A DNA stretch of 64,000 bases from a virus: positions 6,168 through 70,167 of IMG/VR virus record IMGVR_UViG_3300042291_002084. One strand, given 5' to 3'. This document shows positions 45,442 through 55,972 of the stretch, in pieces; position 1 is the stretch's first letter; each line of letters begins with the position of its first letter. The translations under genes and the position numbers were made by a program. The notes below the pieces were generated by a model. It did not search any database. It was given only the letters and a program-made list of their open reading frames with translations, and was not told where the DNA came from.

Positions 45442-45780
45442 TTATTGGTTTACTTTATTATTTAAAGAGTCAATTACTCTTTGGATTTCTCTTAGTTCGT
45501 GCTTGTATTCTAAAATATTATTCATCATTATCAGTTTAGCCTCCTTTAAAAAAGCAATGACTAACTTATCAGTAGTTGGATTATATTCAATTGTATTTAT
45601 GATTCCCATTTGGTCTAATGAATTAGCATTTTTTATAAAATCTTCCATATACTTTATTGAATCAGCTGATCCACATAGAGTATCACAATCTAGAAATTGA
45701 GTAATATATGAATTACCATATGTTTGGTGTTTATCCCTTAATTTTTCAATATTTGGCAATCTTTTTTCTCGAGTTGACAT
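45442..45780 (-). CDS. Hypothetical protein
   Basis: ORF in operon. Confidence 0.7.
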   Translation of the reverse strand: MSTREKRLPNIEKLRDKHQTYGNSYITQFLDCDTLCGSADSIKYMEDFIKNANSLDQMGIINTIEYNPTTDKLVIAFLKEAKLIMMNNILEYKHELREIQRVIDSLNNKVNQ

Positions 45781-45783
45781 ATT

Positions 45784-47088
45784 TTATATACTTCGTTTTT
45801 TACCATAGTTTCCTTTAAATACTGGAAACCTTAATGAATTATTTCCATGTTGATCAGTTGTTTCTTCAAAGTACTGGACACAAATTACTGAATCAAGTAT
45901 ATCTGATTGATTTGAATAATAATGCCTACGTTGATCAATAGTAAATCCACTTCCTACTTGAACCGGTGAACCTTTGTGATTAACAATAACTGCACTCAAC
46001 ATATCTTCTTCAATTTCCTTTCCATCTACTATTACTCTTTGTGGGCCCATTATTAAACTAGCAACAGTATATTCTGCATCAAAAAATTCTTTAATTTTAA
46101 GCATGTGTTTAGATCTACCTGGAGAATATTGAGTATCTCTTCTTGCAATTAGCCCTTCCCAATTAGAATCTTTAGATTGACTCTTTAATTCTTCAAGAGC
46201 ATCTTCATCTTTAATTCTTATTTGAGGAAGTATTTCTAAGATAGATGATGATTTTAAATCACCTAACCATTGTGCTCTAGTTTCAATACGGGTAGAAAAT
46301 AGTGGTGATTCATCTGTTCCTGCAAACTCGCCAGCTTGTAAGATATCAAAGATTTGATATCTTGGGTTTTCGATAGTATGGTCTTTACGTTGTATTTGCT
46401 TTAGGATTCCCTGGAAGTCATCTGAGCTATCTGCATTCATAAGACATAGTTCACCATCTAAAACAGAATCAGTGATCCCTAATCGTCTTATTTCCTCTGC
46501 TACTTTTCCAAGAGTTAAAAATTCTTTACCGTTTCTTGAAAAGAATCGTACTTCATCTCCATGAATAAAACAGATACATCGAACTCCATCTAATTTTCTA
46601 GACACAAACCAGGTTCCATCAAAAATATTTACACCTTTTACTTTTGATGCATCATGTGCAAGGGCAACTTCAAAGGTTGGTATAAATTTAGGAATTACCC
46701 TATTAATAATTGTAGTAGTTGCGCGAGTTTCAAGGTTTCTATCAATTACTTGATATATTAGGTCAGTCCATTCTTCATAATCTTTAATAAACCGATTCAT
46801 TGCTTCAATTGCAGAGTGGCCAGTTATATGCCTCTCATTAAAATCATTAAGCATCATAAAAAGATCATCATATACTTCATTTGATGAAATTAAGTCACTA
46901 CGCTTTTTAAGATTAGTAGAAGTTAATCCAAAATTCCAATATGGATGATATGTATAGAATAGGATCTTTTTAATAAAGGGATGATACTGATACTTAGTAA
47001 GAACGTCAACTTTATGATTAGTTGAGTTTGATGAATTCATCTCATTGACAAATTCGCGAAGTAATTTAAAATCATCAGAGTGACGCAT
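45784..47088 (-). CDS. ATP-dependent DNA ligase
   Basis: SRKLDGVR, LDGEL, IFDIL, WEGLIAR, LKIK, VGSGF, SLRFPVF. Confidence 0.95.
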   Translation of the reverse strand: MRHSDDFKLLREFVNEMNSSNSTNHKVDVLTKYQYHPFIKKILFYTYHPYWNFGLTSTNLKKRSDLISSNEVYDDLFMMLNDFNERHITGHSAIEAMNRFIKDYEEWTDLIYQVIDRNLETRATTTIINRVIPKFIPTFEVALAHDASKVKGVNIFDGTWFVSRKLDGVRCICFIHGDEVRFFSRNGKEFLTLGKVAEEIRRLGITDSVLDGELCLMNADSSDDFQGILKQIQRKDHTIENPRYQIFDILQAGEFAGTDESPLFSTRIETRAQWLGDLKSSSILEILPQIRIKDEDALEELKSQSKDSNWEGLIARRDTQYSPGRSKHMLKIKEFFDAEYTVASLIMGPQRVIVDGKEIEEDMLSAVIVNHKGSPVQVGSGFTIDQRRHYYSNQSDILDSVICVQYFEETTDQHGNNSLRFPVFKGNYGKKRSI

Positions 47089-47115
47089 ATTTCTTTTTTT
47101 AATTATAATACATAA

Positions 47116-47553
47116 TTAAAAAGAAAGTTTACAATCAGGGGACATATTTTTTTCGCACCAACCGGAAGGGAGCTCAACTGCAAATCGGGCAGGTTTATGA
47201 CTTTGATATTTTGGAATTTGGTCATCATCTACTTCGTCAGATGGATCCATTGTTTCATGATTAATATATTCCATGTTACTATCGAAGAATATTATATCTA
47301 GTGGAAAATTTACTTTTTTCATCCAAAAAGAAAGAGGTTGATCTTCACTATATACAAAGAGTATTCCTGAATTTTCATGTGGAGCATCTAATGAATCTGA
47401 ATACCCCTTAGCTTGACTTTGTGGAGTTGCTGCAACTTTTAATTTTAATGAGATATCAGAGATAGCCGCTTCTATTTCTTTACCATCAATATCATTTTTT
47501 CTACAATATTCTTCAAATAGGGGTATTGAATAGTGAAATATAGCGTGACTCAT
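47116..47553 (-). CDS. DUF192 family protein
   Basis: VA.TP….G…GILFVY…FWMKKVNFPLDIIF…AVELPSG. Confidence 0.85.
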   Translation of the reverse strand: MSHAIFHYSIPLFEEYCRKNDIDGKEIEAAISDISLKLKVAATPQSQAKGYSDSLDAPHENSGILFVYSEDQPLSFWMKKVNFPLDIIFFDSNMEYINHETMDPSDEVDDDQIPKYQSHKPARFAVELPSGWCEKNMSPDCKLSF

Positions 47554-47861
47554 TAGTTTGTTGATTTTTTAGATTCAAGATTGGAAACCCGTACGGTAAG
47601 ATCATTAATCGCTGCTTCAAGCTCACGAAATGATGATTTTTTAGTTGATTCATCATCCACATATAATTGATCTTCGCCAGTTTCTCCATAGTTACCAGCA
47701 TAATAATCTGCTTGAAATGCGCTTGATCCTTCAAGTCCATTGTTTGGTGGGTTTTCACCATCTTGACCTCGTTCATCCCAATTTTTATCACTCCAATCAA
47801 GATCAGAGTTTTCATTAATTTTATAAGTCTGTATAAATGAAGAAAAGTTTTTAACTCCCAT
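47553..47861 (-). CDS. Acidic tagged protein, paralogue of 47944
   Basis: VKNFSSF…INEN; C-term INDLTVRVSNLE. Confidence 0.75.
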   Translation of the reverse strand: MGVKNFSSFIQTYKINENSDLDWSDKNWDERGQDGENPPNNGLEGSSAFQADYYAGNYGETGEDQLYVDDESTKKSSFRELEAAINDLTVRVSNLESKKSTN

Positions 47862-47891
47862 TTAATATAATCTTTTTTTTATTTATTAAAT

Positions 47892-47920
47892 AAAAAAAGC
47901 GAATGTTTCCATTCGCTTTT
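47892..47920 (-). terminator. Rho-independent terminator
   Basis: AAAAGCGAATG-ttt-CCATTCGCTTTT. Confidence 0.75.
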
Positions 47921-47943
47921 ATATAAACTTTTTTAAAGAATTT

Positions 47944-48270
47944 TTATTTTTCTTCAGCGTTTTCTTCACCTTCAGCAGGCTCTTCTCCTTCTTCACCTTC
48001 TTCAGAATCTTCCTCTTCTTCAGGCTCAAGTTTTTTAACTCTTTCAGAAAGATCATCAATCATAGATTTTAAATCTTCTAGAGTTAATTCTTCTTCTGGT
48101 TGCTCTTCATCACCTTCTTCAGAATCTTCAGCATTCAGTGCTTCATCATCTTCTTCTGGATTTGCACCATAGTATCCAGACTCAGTGTCGTCGTTGTTGT
48201 AGTCTTCAAATCCTTCAGACTCGTTTAATGTACGAGTTTTCATGAATCCTGCAAAGTTCTTTACTCTCAT
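47944..48270 (-). CDS. Highly acidic tagged protein (scaffold/core-like)
   Basis: VKNFAGF…LNES; IDDLSERVKKLE; late box. Confidence 0.8.
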   Translation of the reverse strand: MRVKNFAGFMKTRTLNESEGFEDYNNDDTESGYYGANPEEDDEALNAEDSEEGDEEQPEEELTLEDLKSMIDDLSERVKKLEPEEEEDSEEGEEGEEPAEGEENAEEK

Positions 48271-48306
48271 TTTTAATAACTTTTTTATTATTTATCCTTG
48301 CTGATA

Positions 48307-48789
48307 CTATTTTTTCTCAGATTTAAACTGTTCAATCGTTTCATCAATAACTCGGATTTGTTCCATTGCTGGACGAAGTAACATCGATACTGCAAATAAT
48401 CTATGTGCAGGCTCTTCACCCTTTCCTGTAACTTTACCTAGAAAGAAATTAATTGATTCTAGAGTAGTTGAAGGTAAACTAACAGTATGTCTCTCAGTTG
48501 AACGATCATCTACTTCTTTTAATTCACTAGATAATGATAATAAAGCCATTAAGATTAAGTACGCTTCGTTTGGACCTTTCCACTCAACTTTATTGTTTAA
48601 TAGATTTTTAACATATTTCAAATCAGCTGGAGAAATATTAATTTCAAAATTTCCCATTCTTCGCTGGATTAAAACATCAAGTTCAGACATAGGAGTCTCT
48701 ACTTCATTTCCAAGCTGAGGCTCAACATTTTCATTTTCGATAGTATTAACTACCTCTTGTTCTTCGATTGTGTTTGTTTCTTCTAACAT
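48307..48789 (-). CDS. Hypothetical protein
   Basis: ORF. Confidence 0.75.
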   Translation of the reverse strand: MLEETNTIEEQEVVNTIENENVEPQLGNEVETPMSELDVLIQRRMGNFEINISPADLKYVKNLLNNKVEWKGPNEAYLILMALLSLSSELKEVDDRSTERHTVSLPSTTLESINFFLGKVTGKGEEPAHRLFAVSMLLRPAMEQIRVIDETIEQFKSEKK

Positions 48790-48833
48790 AGTTTAATATT
48801 TTAAAGTATTAAACTATTGTAGTAGATAAGGTT

Positions 48834-50252
48834 TTAAGCAATAGTAAAGTTTTTTTCTATTGTTTCAGCTTTTGCAATCTCATTACTTGGAGCAGATGAA
48901 CCGCCAGCATTAACCCTAACACAGGCTTCAATAGCAGACTTTTTATTAGTAAATGAATTAGGATCAATATTTAGATTCTTTAATCCGTTTATTATAAATG
49001 CAGCAGCTACTCGAGCAGAAAATTTAGGGTCATTTAATTTATCAGGATCAGTAACAATATCAATTCCAGTTAAATCTGAATATCTTTGGTAATTTGATTT
49101 AAATGTTAATTGATTAAAACCTCTACCTCGATATTTATAACCATCGCCTACTTTAGTATTACCAGTATTCCAACCTAAATTGTCAGTTGCAGTCGGACCA
49201 TATACCTTATCGAAAAATGCAGATGGGCTAGATTTAAGTTTAGTTAAAGCATCATCAGATAAGTCACTCACTCTAGATCCAAATAGACCTCGAATTCGCG
49301 CATTTGGGGTAGTTGCATAACTTAATTCGTTTTGTGGAATAAAATTACTCTCTTTTCCAATAGTTGATAATATCCCAATAATAGCATACTTATTAGTTAC
49401 ACCAAGAGATTTAATTTGACTAATTAGGGTATTAATATTTTGAGCTTGGGTACCAGTATAATTGGATTTTATTTCTTTATCTTCTAGTGCATCATCAATA
49501 AGTTCATCCGAATCTTCACTAGATAGGTCAGACGTACCTACTTGATTTCCAGAATCGTCTAATCCAAATTTATCTTTAAACCATATAAAATGTTCTGGAT
49601 GTTCAGCAAAGATATTATCTAATTCTTCTGGAGTAAGAGTAGGAGCCATATCTGGCATCATTCTAAAAAGCCAATCTAAGATTACTTGATTATTTAATAT
49701 TCTTTCCCCTCGGGTTTTTCCTGGAGAGCTTTGATATTCATCTTTTAAATCATTTGAATCATCTGAATCGCGACCAACTCGACGTACACCTATATGAATA
49801 TGATCAAAGTGATCGGGTACTCGCCATCCAACTTGATATCGATATCCGCCAGAATTGAAATTAAACCATGAACCTCCTTTATATTCTGGATGACCACACC
49901 ATTGCATTAAATGCGCAAGTAGAGTATCTCCACTCTTTCCACTAGTTGCAATATCAATAGCATATGAATCATCTTGACCTTCATAGTGATCTGAGGTATT
50001 TCCGCTTGCAGTTTTTTCCTTAGATCTCTTTTGAGAAATAATAGTATTTTTTCCAACAAAATCATTAGCAATTTTAGCAAAAGCTAATGCTCTAGGCATA
50101 CTTCCATCCCAGTCTCCACCCTTTCCGCCAACATTTGCTTTACCGCTATCTAATGAGCCAACGGTTAATCCAAATGTTTTATCTGGATAGTTTGCATCAG
50201 GATCAAATGAAAATGTCTCGTTAAGTTTAACCCAATCTTTAAAAGTAATCAT
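48834..50252 (-). CDS. Tagged two-domain cell-wall hydrolase (M15-like peptidase + GH19 lysozyme)
   Basis: SDHYEG…AIDI…HFDHIH; KESNF…GDGYKYRGRGFNQLTFKSNY…PD.L. Confidence 0.8.
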   Translation of the reverse strand: MITFKDWVKLNETFSFDPDANYPDKTFGLTVGSLDSGKANVGGKGGDWDGSMPRALAFAKIANDFVGKNTIISQKRSKEKTASGNTSDHYEGQDDSYAIDIATSGKSGDTLLAHLMQWCGHPEYKGGSWFNFNSGGYRYQVGWRVPDHFDHIHIGVRRVGRDSDDSNDLKDEYQSSPGKTRGERILNNQVILDWLFRMMPDMAPTLTPEELDNIFAEHPEHFIWFKDKFGLDDSGNQVGTSDLSSEDSDELIDDALEDKEIKSNYTGTQAQNINTLISQIKSLGVTNKYAIIGILSTIGKESNFIPQNELSYATTPNARIRGLFGSRVSDLSDDALTKLKSSPSAFFDKVYGPTATDNLGWNTGNTKVGDGYKYRGRGFNQLTFKSNYQRYSDLTGIDIVTDPDKLNDPKFSARVAAAFIINGLKNLNIDPNSFTNKKSAIEACVRVNAGGSSAPSNEIAKAETIEKNFTIA

Positions 50253-50286
50253 TGCTTATTAATATGATTTTAATTATTTATTTTAA

Positions 50287-50781
50287 TTATTTAGTTAAAT
50301 GACGATCAATTATAATCAATTGACTTGTACTTATTTTAGGATAAGCATCGTCTGCTGAAAGGAATCCAGCCCAATCAACTTCCTCCTCCTGTAGAGTAGA
50401 TTTAGGTAATCTCTCACTATCTAATCCTATTTCAGAAAGATCTTCTATATTACATACAAAATAAATTAAGCGACCATCCGGTTTACCGTTCTTATAGAAT
50501 ATTACTTGGTGAGATTCTGGATCAAGTTGATCTTGTGAAAGAACAATAGAGGTCTCTTCTTCAAGTTCTCTAAGTGCAGCTAAGATTGGCTCCTCATCAG
50601 GACGATCCAATTTTCCTTTAGGAATACCTAAAGTTGGTTTTCTCCAAGAAGCATTTGTTGGGTGAACTAATAATATTTTATTATTCCAAATAATTGCAAC
50701 ACCTGCTGCTACTCTGTGTTCTTCTGGCATATCAATTGCCCATCGTTCATTAACGAACTCATTAAAATTTAATATTCCCAT
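50287..50781 (-). CDS. Nudix hydrolase with tag MGILNFNEFVNE
   Basis: Nudix box PKGKLD…AALRELEEET. Confidence 0.9.
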   Translation of the reverse strand: MGILNFNEFVNERWAIDMPEEHRVAAGVAIIWNNKILLVHPTNASWRKPTLGIPKGKLDRPDEEPILAALRELEEETSIVLSQDQLDPESHQVIFYKNGKPDGRLIYFVCNIEDLSEIGLDSERLPKSTLQEEEVDWAGFLSADDAYPKISTSQLIIIDRHLTK

Positions 50782-50786
50782 TCTAA

Positions 50787-51644
50787 TTAATTTATATATT
50801 TGTTATAGTCAATTACTCCAGATGGTTTTAAGAGTAATGAGTCATAATATTTTTGTTTATAATATGGTTTAACGTGATCTTCAAACATTTTCTTTTTAAA
50901 CCAGCTCGGAAGCTTGGCTGAATAGTAATCTTCATATGCATCCTCATATAATTTTACACCTTGAGATGGCGTAAGATCAGATGACCGATTAATTGATTCT
51001 AGAAAAAGTTTTCCGTCCGATTCAATTAAGCTAATTGAATAATATTCTGGAGACCATTTATCATTTATCTTTTTACAAATATCTAAAGCTTCACCAAGAT
51101 GCTTCCAACGAGCCATATCAATATCAAAAGGAGTTTTATTAATTTTCTTTTGTACATGAATAGGTGAATCGCCTGAGGCAAGCACTTCAAATCTAGAGGA
51201 AGGTACTCTTTTTTCTTGAAAAGAGCTATATGGTTTTTCAGATTTCTTAAATTTTCCATATGTTTTAAACTCATCTTCCCCATTTGCAGAGTATCCAATA
51301 ATTGGAAATTTCATCTTTTTTACAAGGGACCGATCCTTTATTTTATTTGGAATAAATGATTCACCGTTAAATTCTGAATTTAATTCAGAGTTAGTTGGAA
51401 TAGTCGATTGATTATAAACAGTACTACAAAAACTTTCATCTATTTTATTTGATGAAAAACTAAAATTATTCCATTGAATAACAGGAATATCTTTAGGTAT
51501 TTGTAGAGCAGATTCAATATTATTAACTACTTCAAACATTGGTAAATTACTTAACTTTGATGAAGCTAAGGCAATTTTCTTTTCAAAGTTTTTTGGATCC
51601 TTTGAATAATATGCAGAATAACTTTTAAAATTCTTTAAACTCAT
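50787..51644 (-). CDS. Degenerate ATP-grasp (RimK-like) fold protein
   Basis: FIP…KFPII…FQEK…RFEVL…GKLFLESIN resembles ATP-grasp with altered catalytic residues. Confidence 0.45.
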   Translation of the reverse strand: MSLKNFKSYSAYYSKDPKNFEKKIALASSKLSNLPMFEVVNNIESALQIPKDIPVIQWNNFSFSSNKIDESFCSTVYNQSTIPTNSELNSEFNGESFIPNKIKDRSLVKKMKFPIIGYSANGEDEFKTYGKFKKSEKPYSSFQEKRVPSSRFEVLASGDSPIHVQKKINKTPFDIDMARWKHLGEALDICKKINDKWSPEYYSISLIESDGKLFLESINRSSDLTPSQGVKLYEDAYEDYYSAKLPSWFKKKMFEDHVKPYYKQKYYDSLLLKPSGVIDYNKYIN

Positions 51645-51645
51645 C

Positions 51646-53487
51646 TTATTTAAACTGGGAGAAACGGCTACTTGCGCTTGGAGTAAACGACTTAGCCTCA
51701 GTTTCTTGATCAGCAGTTATTTTTTGTATATCTTTATCTAAATTATCAGCAACTTCATGATCAACTACATCACCTTCTCCTCCTCTAGTAACTTCGCCAC
51801 GACCGATTGCATCAAAGAATTCGTCAAACTCATTATCTACTTTATCTTTATCGTAGTTATCCATTACTACTCTCATAATCGCTGGTTCACCATGTAATCT
51901 AGCAAAGTGATTTTGATAATCTAATACTCTATCGTATGTTTCTTTATCTCTAGAATCAAGTTCAACATATGGCACGTATACTGCACCAGTCTCCTCTCTT
52001 TTCTTTTTAATTTGTTTATCAACCCAATCATTATAGCCTCCATTTCCATGGCCTTCAACTTCTTTTTTAGTCCATTCGCCAGGCTTACCAGTCCATGGTT
52101 TACCGTGAATAATCTTCCAAATTTGTTTTCCTATAAAGAATGGGAGACTTGCCATTGCTGCTTTTGGAAATTTAGGTAAAGTCTTGGTTGTCCATGAAAC
52201 GAGTCGGGCACGTATTCCAGGATGAGTTGCAATATTTCCGATTCCTTTTTGATATGCTGCAAATTCAGCAGCTGTAGTAAATAGTTTATCTGCGCCAGCG
52301 GCTCCGCCATATCGTACCTCTTTTATTCCAGATTTAACAAAGGACTCAGAAGGTATGCGCCCTATCATTTTTCCCTCTTTACTATATGCATATAATAATT
52401 TACCATCATCACTTAATTTAAAAGTACTACCGACTTTTGCAGCATTATCCATTTTTTCAATAGCTTCTTTTGCAAGTCGAGTATCTAATAATTTAAATGA
52501 GTCACAAAAAGTGGTCATTTTTGTTCCAAAATTAGTAAGAGATTTTCCTAAGAACTCAAAGATCGGACGAAGCATTAATCCTAGTCCTGGAATATAATCT
52601 GTAACTTTAGCAAAGTTTTGGATAAATTTACCAAGCAGGGTTGTGCCCGATCCAATAGCTCCACCGATTAGTGATACTATCTTTCTAAGTAATCGTATAA
52701 CCATACCAGATTCCTTTGTACTTAGTCGAGAAACAGCAACTGCTGCTTCATCAACTTGACCGGCAGATAATTTAACTAGTATTGGACTCGCAGAGTGCGC
52801 ACCCCATTTTAAAGGTTTTAACATATCACCGCCGCCAATTACTAAAGCAGCAATAAGTGATATTGTACCCAACATATATTTTTTACGAACAAAATATATT
52901 ATTGCGTTTATTAAATCTGCAACAACGCCTACTCCTGGAAAAATAAAATCTCCGACTACTCCAATAATATCAATAACAAATTGAAGTATTCCAATAGGGG
53001 ATCCATTTTCTGTACATGCAAGGTATAACTTTTTAAGAACTGACCAGAACCCACTATTTGTTCGGGCAGTATGTGGTCCACCAGTAAAAGCAGTAGTTAA
53101 ATCAGCTGGGGTAAATGCATCTGATCCTGGAGCAAGAGACATATCTGACTCTGCTAAAAATAGTCCTTTTAAATAATCCTTAAATGTATCGATTGACTCA
53201 GTTATTTCTTGGGAATCTGGAAATATTTTACGAGCAGATTCTAGAATAGAATTTGTTCCAGTTGTCATTCCTCGATAATAATCTGAAATTGCATTTTTTC
53301 CTTGATCTAAGATCATTGAAAGATGCAGGTCAAATAAGGCTGACTCTGAAATACTTGATTCAATTGAATTAATAAACATTGACTCATTAATAATTGAATC
53401 AACAGTAAGTCGATTACTTGAGTTTAATACTTTATTTAAACTATTAAATTGTTCAATTTGACTTTCATTTATTACGAAATCTGACAT
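51646..53487 (-). CDS. Virion/ejection-type protein with hydrophobic PT-TG-like segment
   Basis: Multiple xxES sites; LQFVIDIIGVVGDFIFPGVGVVADLINAIIY…ISLIAAL. Confidence 0.65.
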   Translation of the reverse strand: MSDFVINESQIEQFNSLNKVLNSSNRLTVDSIINESMFINSIESSISESALFDLHLSMILDQGKNAISDYYRGMTTGTNSILESARKIFPDSQEITESIDTFKDYLKGLFLAESDMSLAPGSDAFTPADLTTAFTGGPHTARTNSGFWSVLKKLYLACTENGSPIGILQFVIDIIGVVGDFIFPGVGVVADLINAIIYFVRKKYMLGTISLIAALVIGGGDMLKPLKWGAHSASPILVKLSAGQVDEAAVAVSRLSTKESGMVIRLLRKIVSLIGGAIGSGTTLLGKFIQNFAKVTDYIPGLGLMLRPIFEFLGKSLTNFGTKMTTFCDSFKLLDTRLAKEAIEKMDNAAKVGSTFKLSDDGKLLYAYSKEGKMIGRIPSESFVKSGIKEVRYGGAAGADKLFTTAAEFAAYQKGIGNIATHPGIRARLVSWTTKTLPKFPKAAMASLPFFIGKQIWKIIHGKPWTGKPGEWTKKEVEGHGNGGYNDWVDKQIKKKREETGAVYVPYVELDSRDKETYDRVLDYQNHFARLHGEPAIMRVVMDNYDKDKVDNEFDEFFDAIGRGEVTRGGEGDVVDHEVADNLDKDIQKITADQETEAKSFTPSASSRFSQFK

Positions 53488-53550
53488 TATGATTCTTTTC
53501 TTATTATTTATCTAGTCAGATACGAATTTCGCTTAATTTACTAGGTTCAC

Positions 53551-54630
53551 CTAAAGTAAGGCAATGAATTCGTTAGGTCTAACATTTTTTAAATAAGAGT
53601 CTATGAAATACTTATATGCTTGTTTTAATCCATCATCATCACATTCAGATAAATATGCGTATATTTCATAAAGATCGTCAAGAGTATTAAATGAAAATGC
53701 TGAACATATCCAATCAAATTTATATGAAACTGGAATCAATCCAAATATCATAGCTTCAAATATTCTAGCTGGTATAAATTGACGTTCATCATACTTATCC
53801 TTAGTAATATTTAACATGACTCTGCCGATTTCTAAAGTATTCCAAATATGTTCACGATCATTTCTTAATACGTGATAAGTGCGTTCACGATCAAATTGTT
53901 GAAATTCTTTTTCTTTACAAATTAAATAAAATGGTACCCCTTTTGAATTAGACTCATTATTAACCCAGTCCAATGAATCAAATAAGATTGAATTCTTAGA
54001 GTTTCCAGCTTTATAATTTGAAGTATCAATATTTCCATAGAATACTGAAACTGGTCGATTTATCTTATCGTAAGTTGACATATTTACATCAACACATTCT
54101 TGTAAAAATTTATTAGATATTCCTGGAAAATCAATAGACGGTATAATAATAGTTACAAAACATTTATATTTTTCATGAAATACTTGAGAAAGAGAAAGAT
54201 CAGTATCTAAGATGAGTATTTGATGTGGTAAATAACCAGCAGAAACGGCGGCCTCAATGATTAGCTCAAACTCGCGAGCATCTTTCCATTTCTTAGATAA
54301 AGTTGAAAGATTTCTAAATCTAGCTTTTAAATATAATTTACTATACTCTTTATTTCGTATTTTTTCAATAACTAGATTTATATCATAATATGTATTTTCA
54401 ATTAATTCCGTTTTGTATTTATTAAAAATATCGCCTCTTTCATCTGATGGAAAGGATTTAATTTGGGCAGATTCAATAACTTCTTCTGGATAATATGAAT
54501 AAAAATCAAATTTATCTTCCATAAATGATTCTCTAATTGAATCAATTAATCCAAGTTGATATAGTGAGTGTCCTGGAGAATCTATATCATGTAGGTCAAG
54601 TAAACCGAAATAAGAGTATAAGCTTTTCAT
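53551..54630 (-). CDS. GT-B glycosyltransferase (CgeB/beta-glucosyltransferase-like)
   Basis: VFYGN…VMLNITK..Y…FIPARIFEAM..G..P. Confidence 0.7.
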   Translation of the reverse strand: MKSLYSYFGLLDLHDIDSPGHSLYQLGLIDSIRESFMEDKFDFYSYYPEEVIESAQIKSFPSDERGDIFNKYKTELIENTYYDINLVIEKIRNKEYSKLYLKARFRNLSTLSKKWKDAREFELIIEAAVSAGYLPHQILILDTDLSLSQVFHEKYKCFVTIIIPSIDFPGISNKFLQECVDVNMSTYDKINRPVSVFYGNIDTSNYKAGNSKNSILFDSLDWVNNESNSKGVPFYLICKEKEFQQFDRERTYHVLRNDREHIWNTLEIGRVMLNITKDKYDERQFIPARIFEAMIFGLIPVSYKFDWICSAFSFNTLDDLYEIYAYLSECDDDGLKQAYKYFIDSYLKNVRPNEFIALL

Positions 54631-54722
54631 ATTTTATATTTTTAATTATAATACACTAAATTATAGTAGATATTAATATTTACATATTAATCTTTAGGTT
54701 TCATCTGGGTGAACCCTAATAT

Positions 54723-54752
54723 AAAAAATGAGCGCCTATTCAGACGCTCATT
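54723..54752 (-). terminator. Rho-independent terminator
   Basis: AATGAGCG-cctattcaga-CGCTCATT. Confidence 0.7.
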
Positions 54753-54777
54753 ATGAGGTAAAGGAAAATTGAAAGTA

Positions 54778-55578
54778 TTAATTGTTTTTCAAGGCAACAA
54801 TATGAGTAATAAAGTTTTTACCATACTCCACTGCATCGATTTTACGAACAACATCAAAGTTTTCTTCAAGAATAGAAACTATCTCTTGGAATTTTTCAAC
54901 ACGATTCGTTTTTAATGGTTTGTACATAAAGTGATATTCAATAATAAATACTCGAACATTAGACCAATCAGTAACTGATTTGATTAATTCGTATTCAGCA
55001 CCTTCAACATCCATTTTAATCGCAGTTGCTCCATGTTCTTTAATAGCAGCATCAATATTGATTGCTGGAACATGCAAGATCTCACGACCACGAATTGGTA
55101 AAATTGAATGTTTTCCAGAGTCATTAGATATAAAAAAGTCAACCGCTTCTTCATTTCCTGGAACAATTGCTTTTTGTACAACTGTACAGTTTGACTCTAC
55201 TCCATTTACTTTAATATTTTCTAGAGCAAATGATGCATTGTGTGGAAGAGCTTCATAAGAAACTACACTTTGTATTTTTGGAAATTGTCTAGCCATACGA
55301 ATAGCAAATAATCCAATATGGCCACCAATATCTAACCATTTATCTTCTTGATTAAATACTGCATTTACATCCATTTCTGGACCATATGCAGAAGAAGTAA
55401 GAGGTTTAATATATTCTCCACTTTTTGGGCTTTTTGAAACGTTTGTCCCAACGTTATACTTAACTTCATTTAATCCTTTTCGGATATAAAATTGAAAGTC
55501 ACCATATTTTGTTTTCCAATCGATCAATTCTAATTGATCGAATTTTTTAGCAGTGTTAAAGTCTATACGAGTATCCAT
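54778..55578 (-). CDS. FkbM family SAM-dependent methyltransferase
   Basis: WLDIGGHIGLF, SYEA, IKMDVEGAE, IIEYH. Confidence 0.9.
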   Translation of the reverse strand: MDTRIDFNTAKKFDQLELIDWKTKYGDFQFYIRKGLNEVKYNVGTNVSKSPKSGEYIKPLTSSAYGPEMDVNAVFNQEDKWLDIGGHIGLFAIRMARQFPKIQSVVSYEALPHNASFALENIKVNGVESNCTVVQKAIVPGNEEAVDFFISNDSGKHSILPIRGREILHVPAINIDAAIKEHGATAIKMDVEGAEYELIKSVTDWSNVRVFIIEYHFMYKPLKTNRVEKFQEIVSILEENFDVVRKIDAVEYGKNFITHIVALKNN

Positions 55579-55601
55579 CTAAATATTGTTTTTATGTATT
55601 A

Positions 55602-55886
55602 TTATACTGCAGGAACTTCTTTAGTTTTAGCAGGTGATGGTTTTACTCTTTCAATTGTAAGAATACCTTGGTTAACAGATGTAGAAAAATTAATGTTTTT
55701 CTTTTTAGCATAGTACCATACTAACCCTCGAGTATTTTGGATCTCTTGAGTAGATGTAAATCCTGAAATTTCAAAGAAAGTACCAACTTTTAATGCGTCT
55801 AATCTTTCTTTAATTACTGAAGTTACAGGTTTCATTGCGATTTTTGCTGATTTCTTGATCGGCCCGATTTTAATAGAATTTTTCAT
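55602..55886 (-). CDS. Small basic DNA-binding-like protein
   Basis: L.VG.FF.I…RV pattern. Confidence 0.65.
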   Translation of the reverse strand: MKNSIKIGPIKKSAKIAMKPVTSVIKERLDALKVGTFFEISGFTSTQEIQNTRGLVWYYAKKKNINFSTSVNQGILTIERVKPSPAKTKEVPAV

Positions 55887-55940
55887 AATAATTAGTTTTT
55901 ATTTTTGGTTATTATACATATAAATTAAACTAATTAAAAT

Positions 55941-55970
55941 AAAAAAGGGATATTTTTTAAATATCCCTTT
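55941..55970 (-). terminator. Rho-independent terminator
   Basis: AAAGGGATATTT-tt-TAAATATCCCTTT. Confidence 0.75.
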
Positions 55971-55972
55971 GA

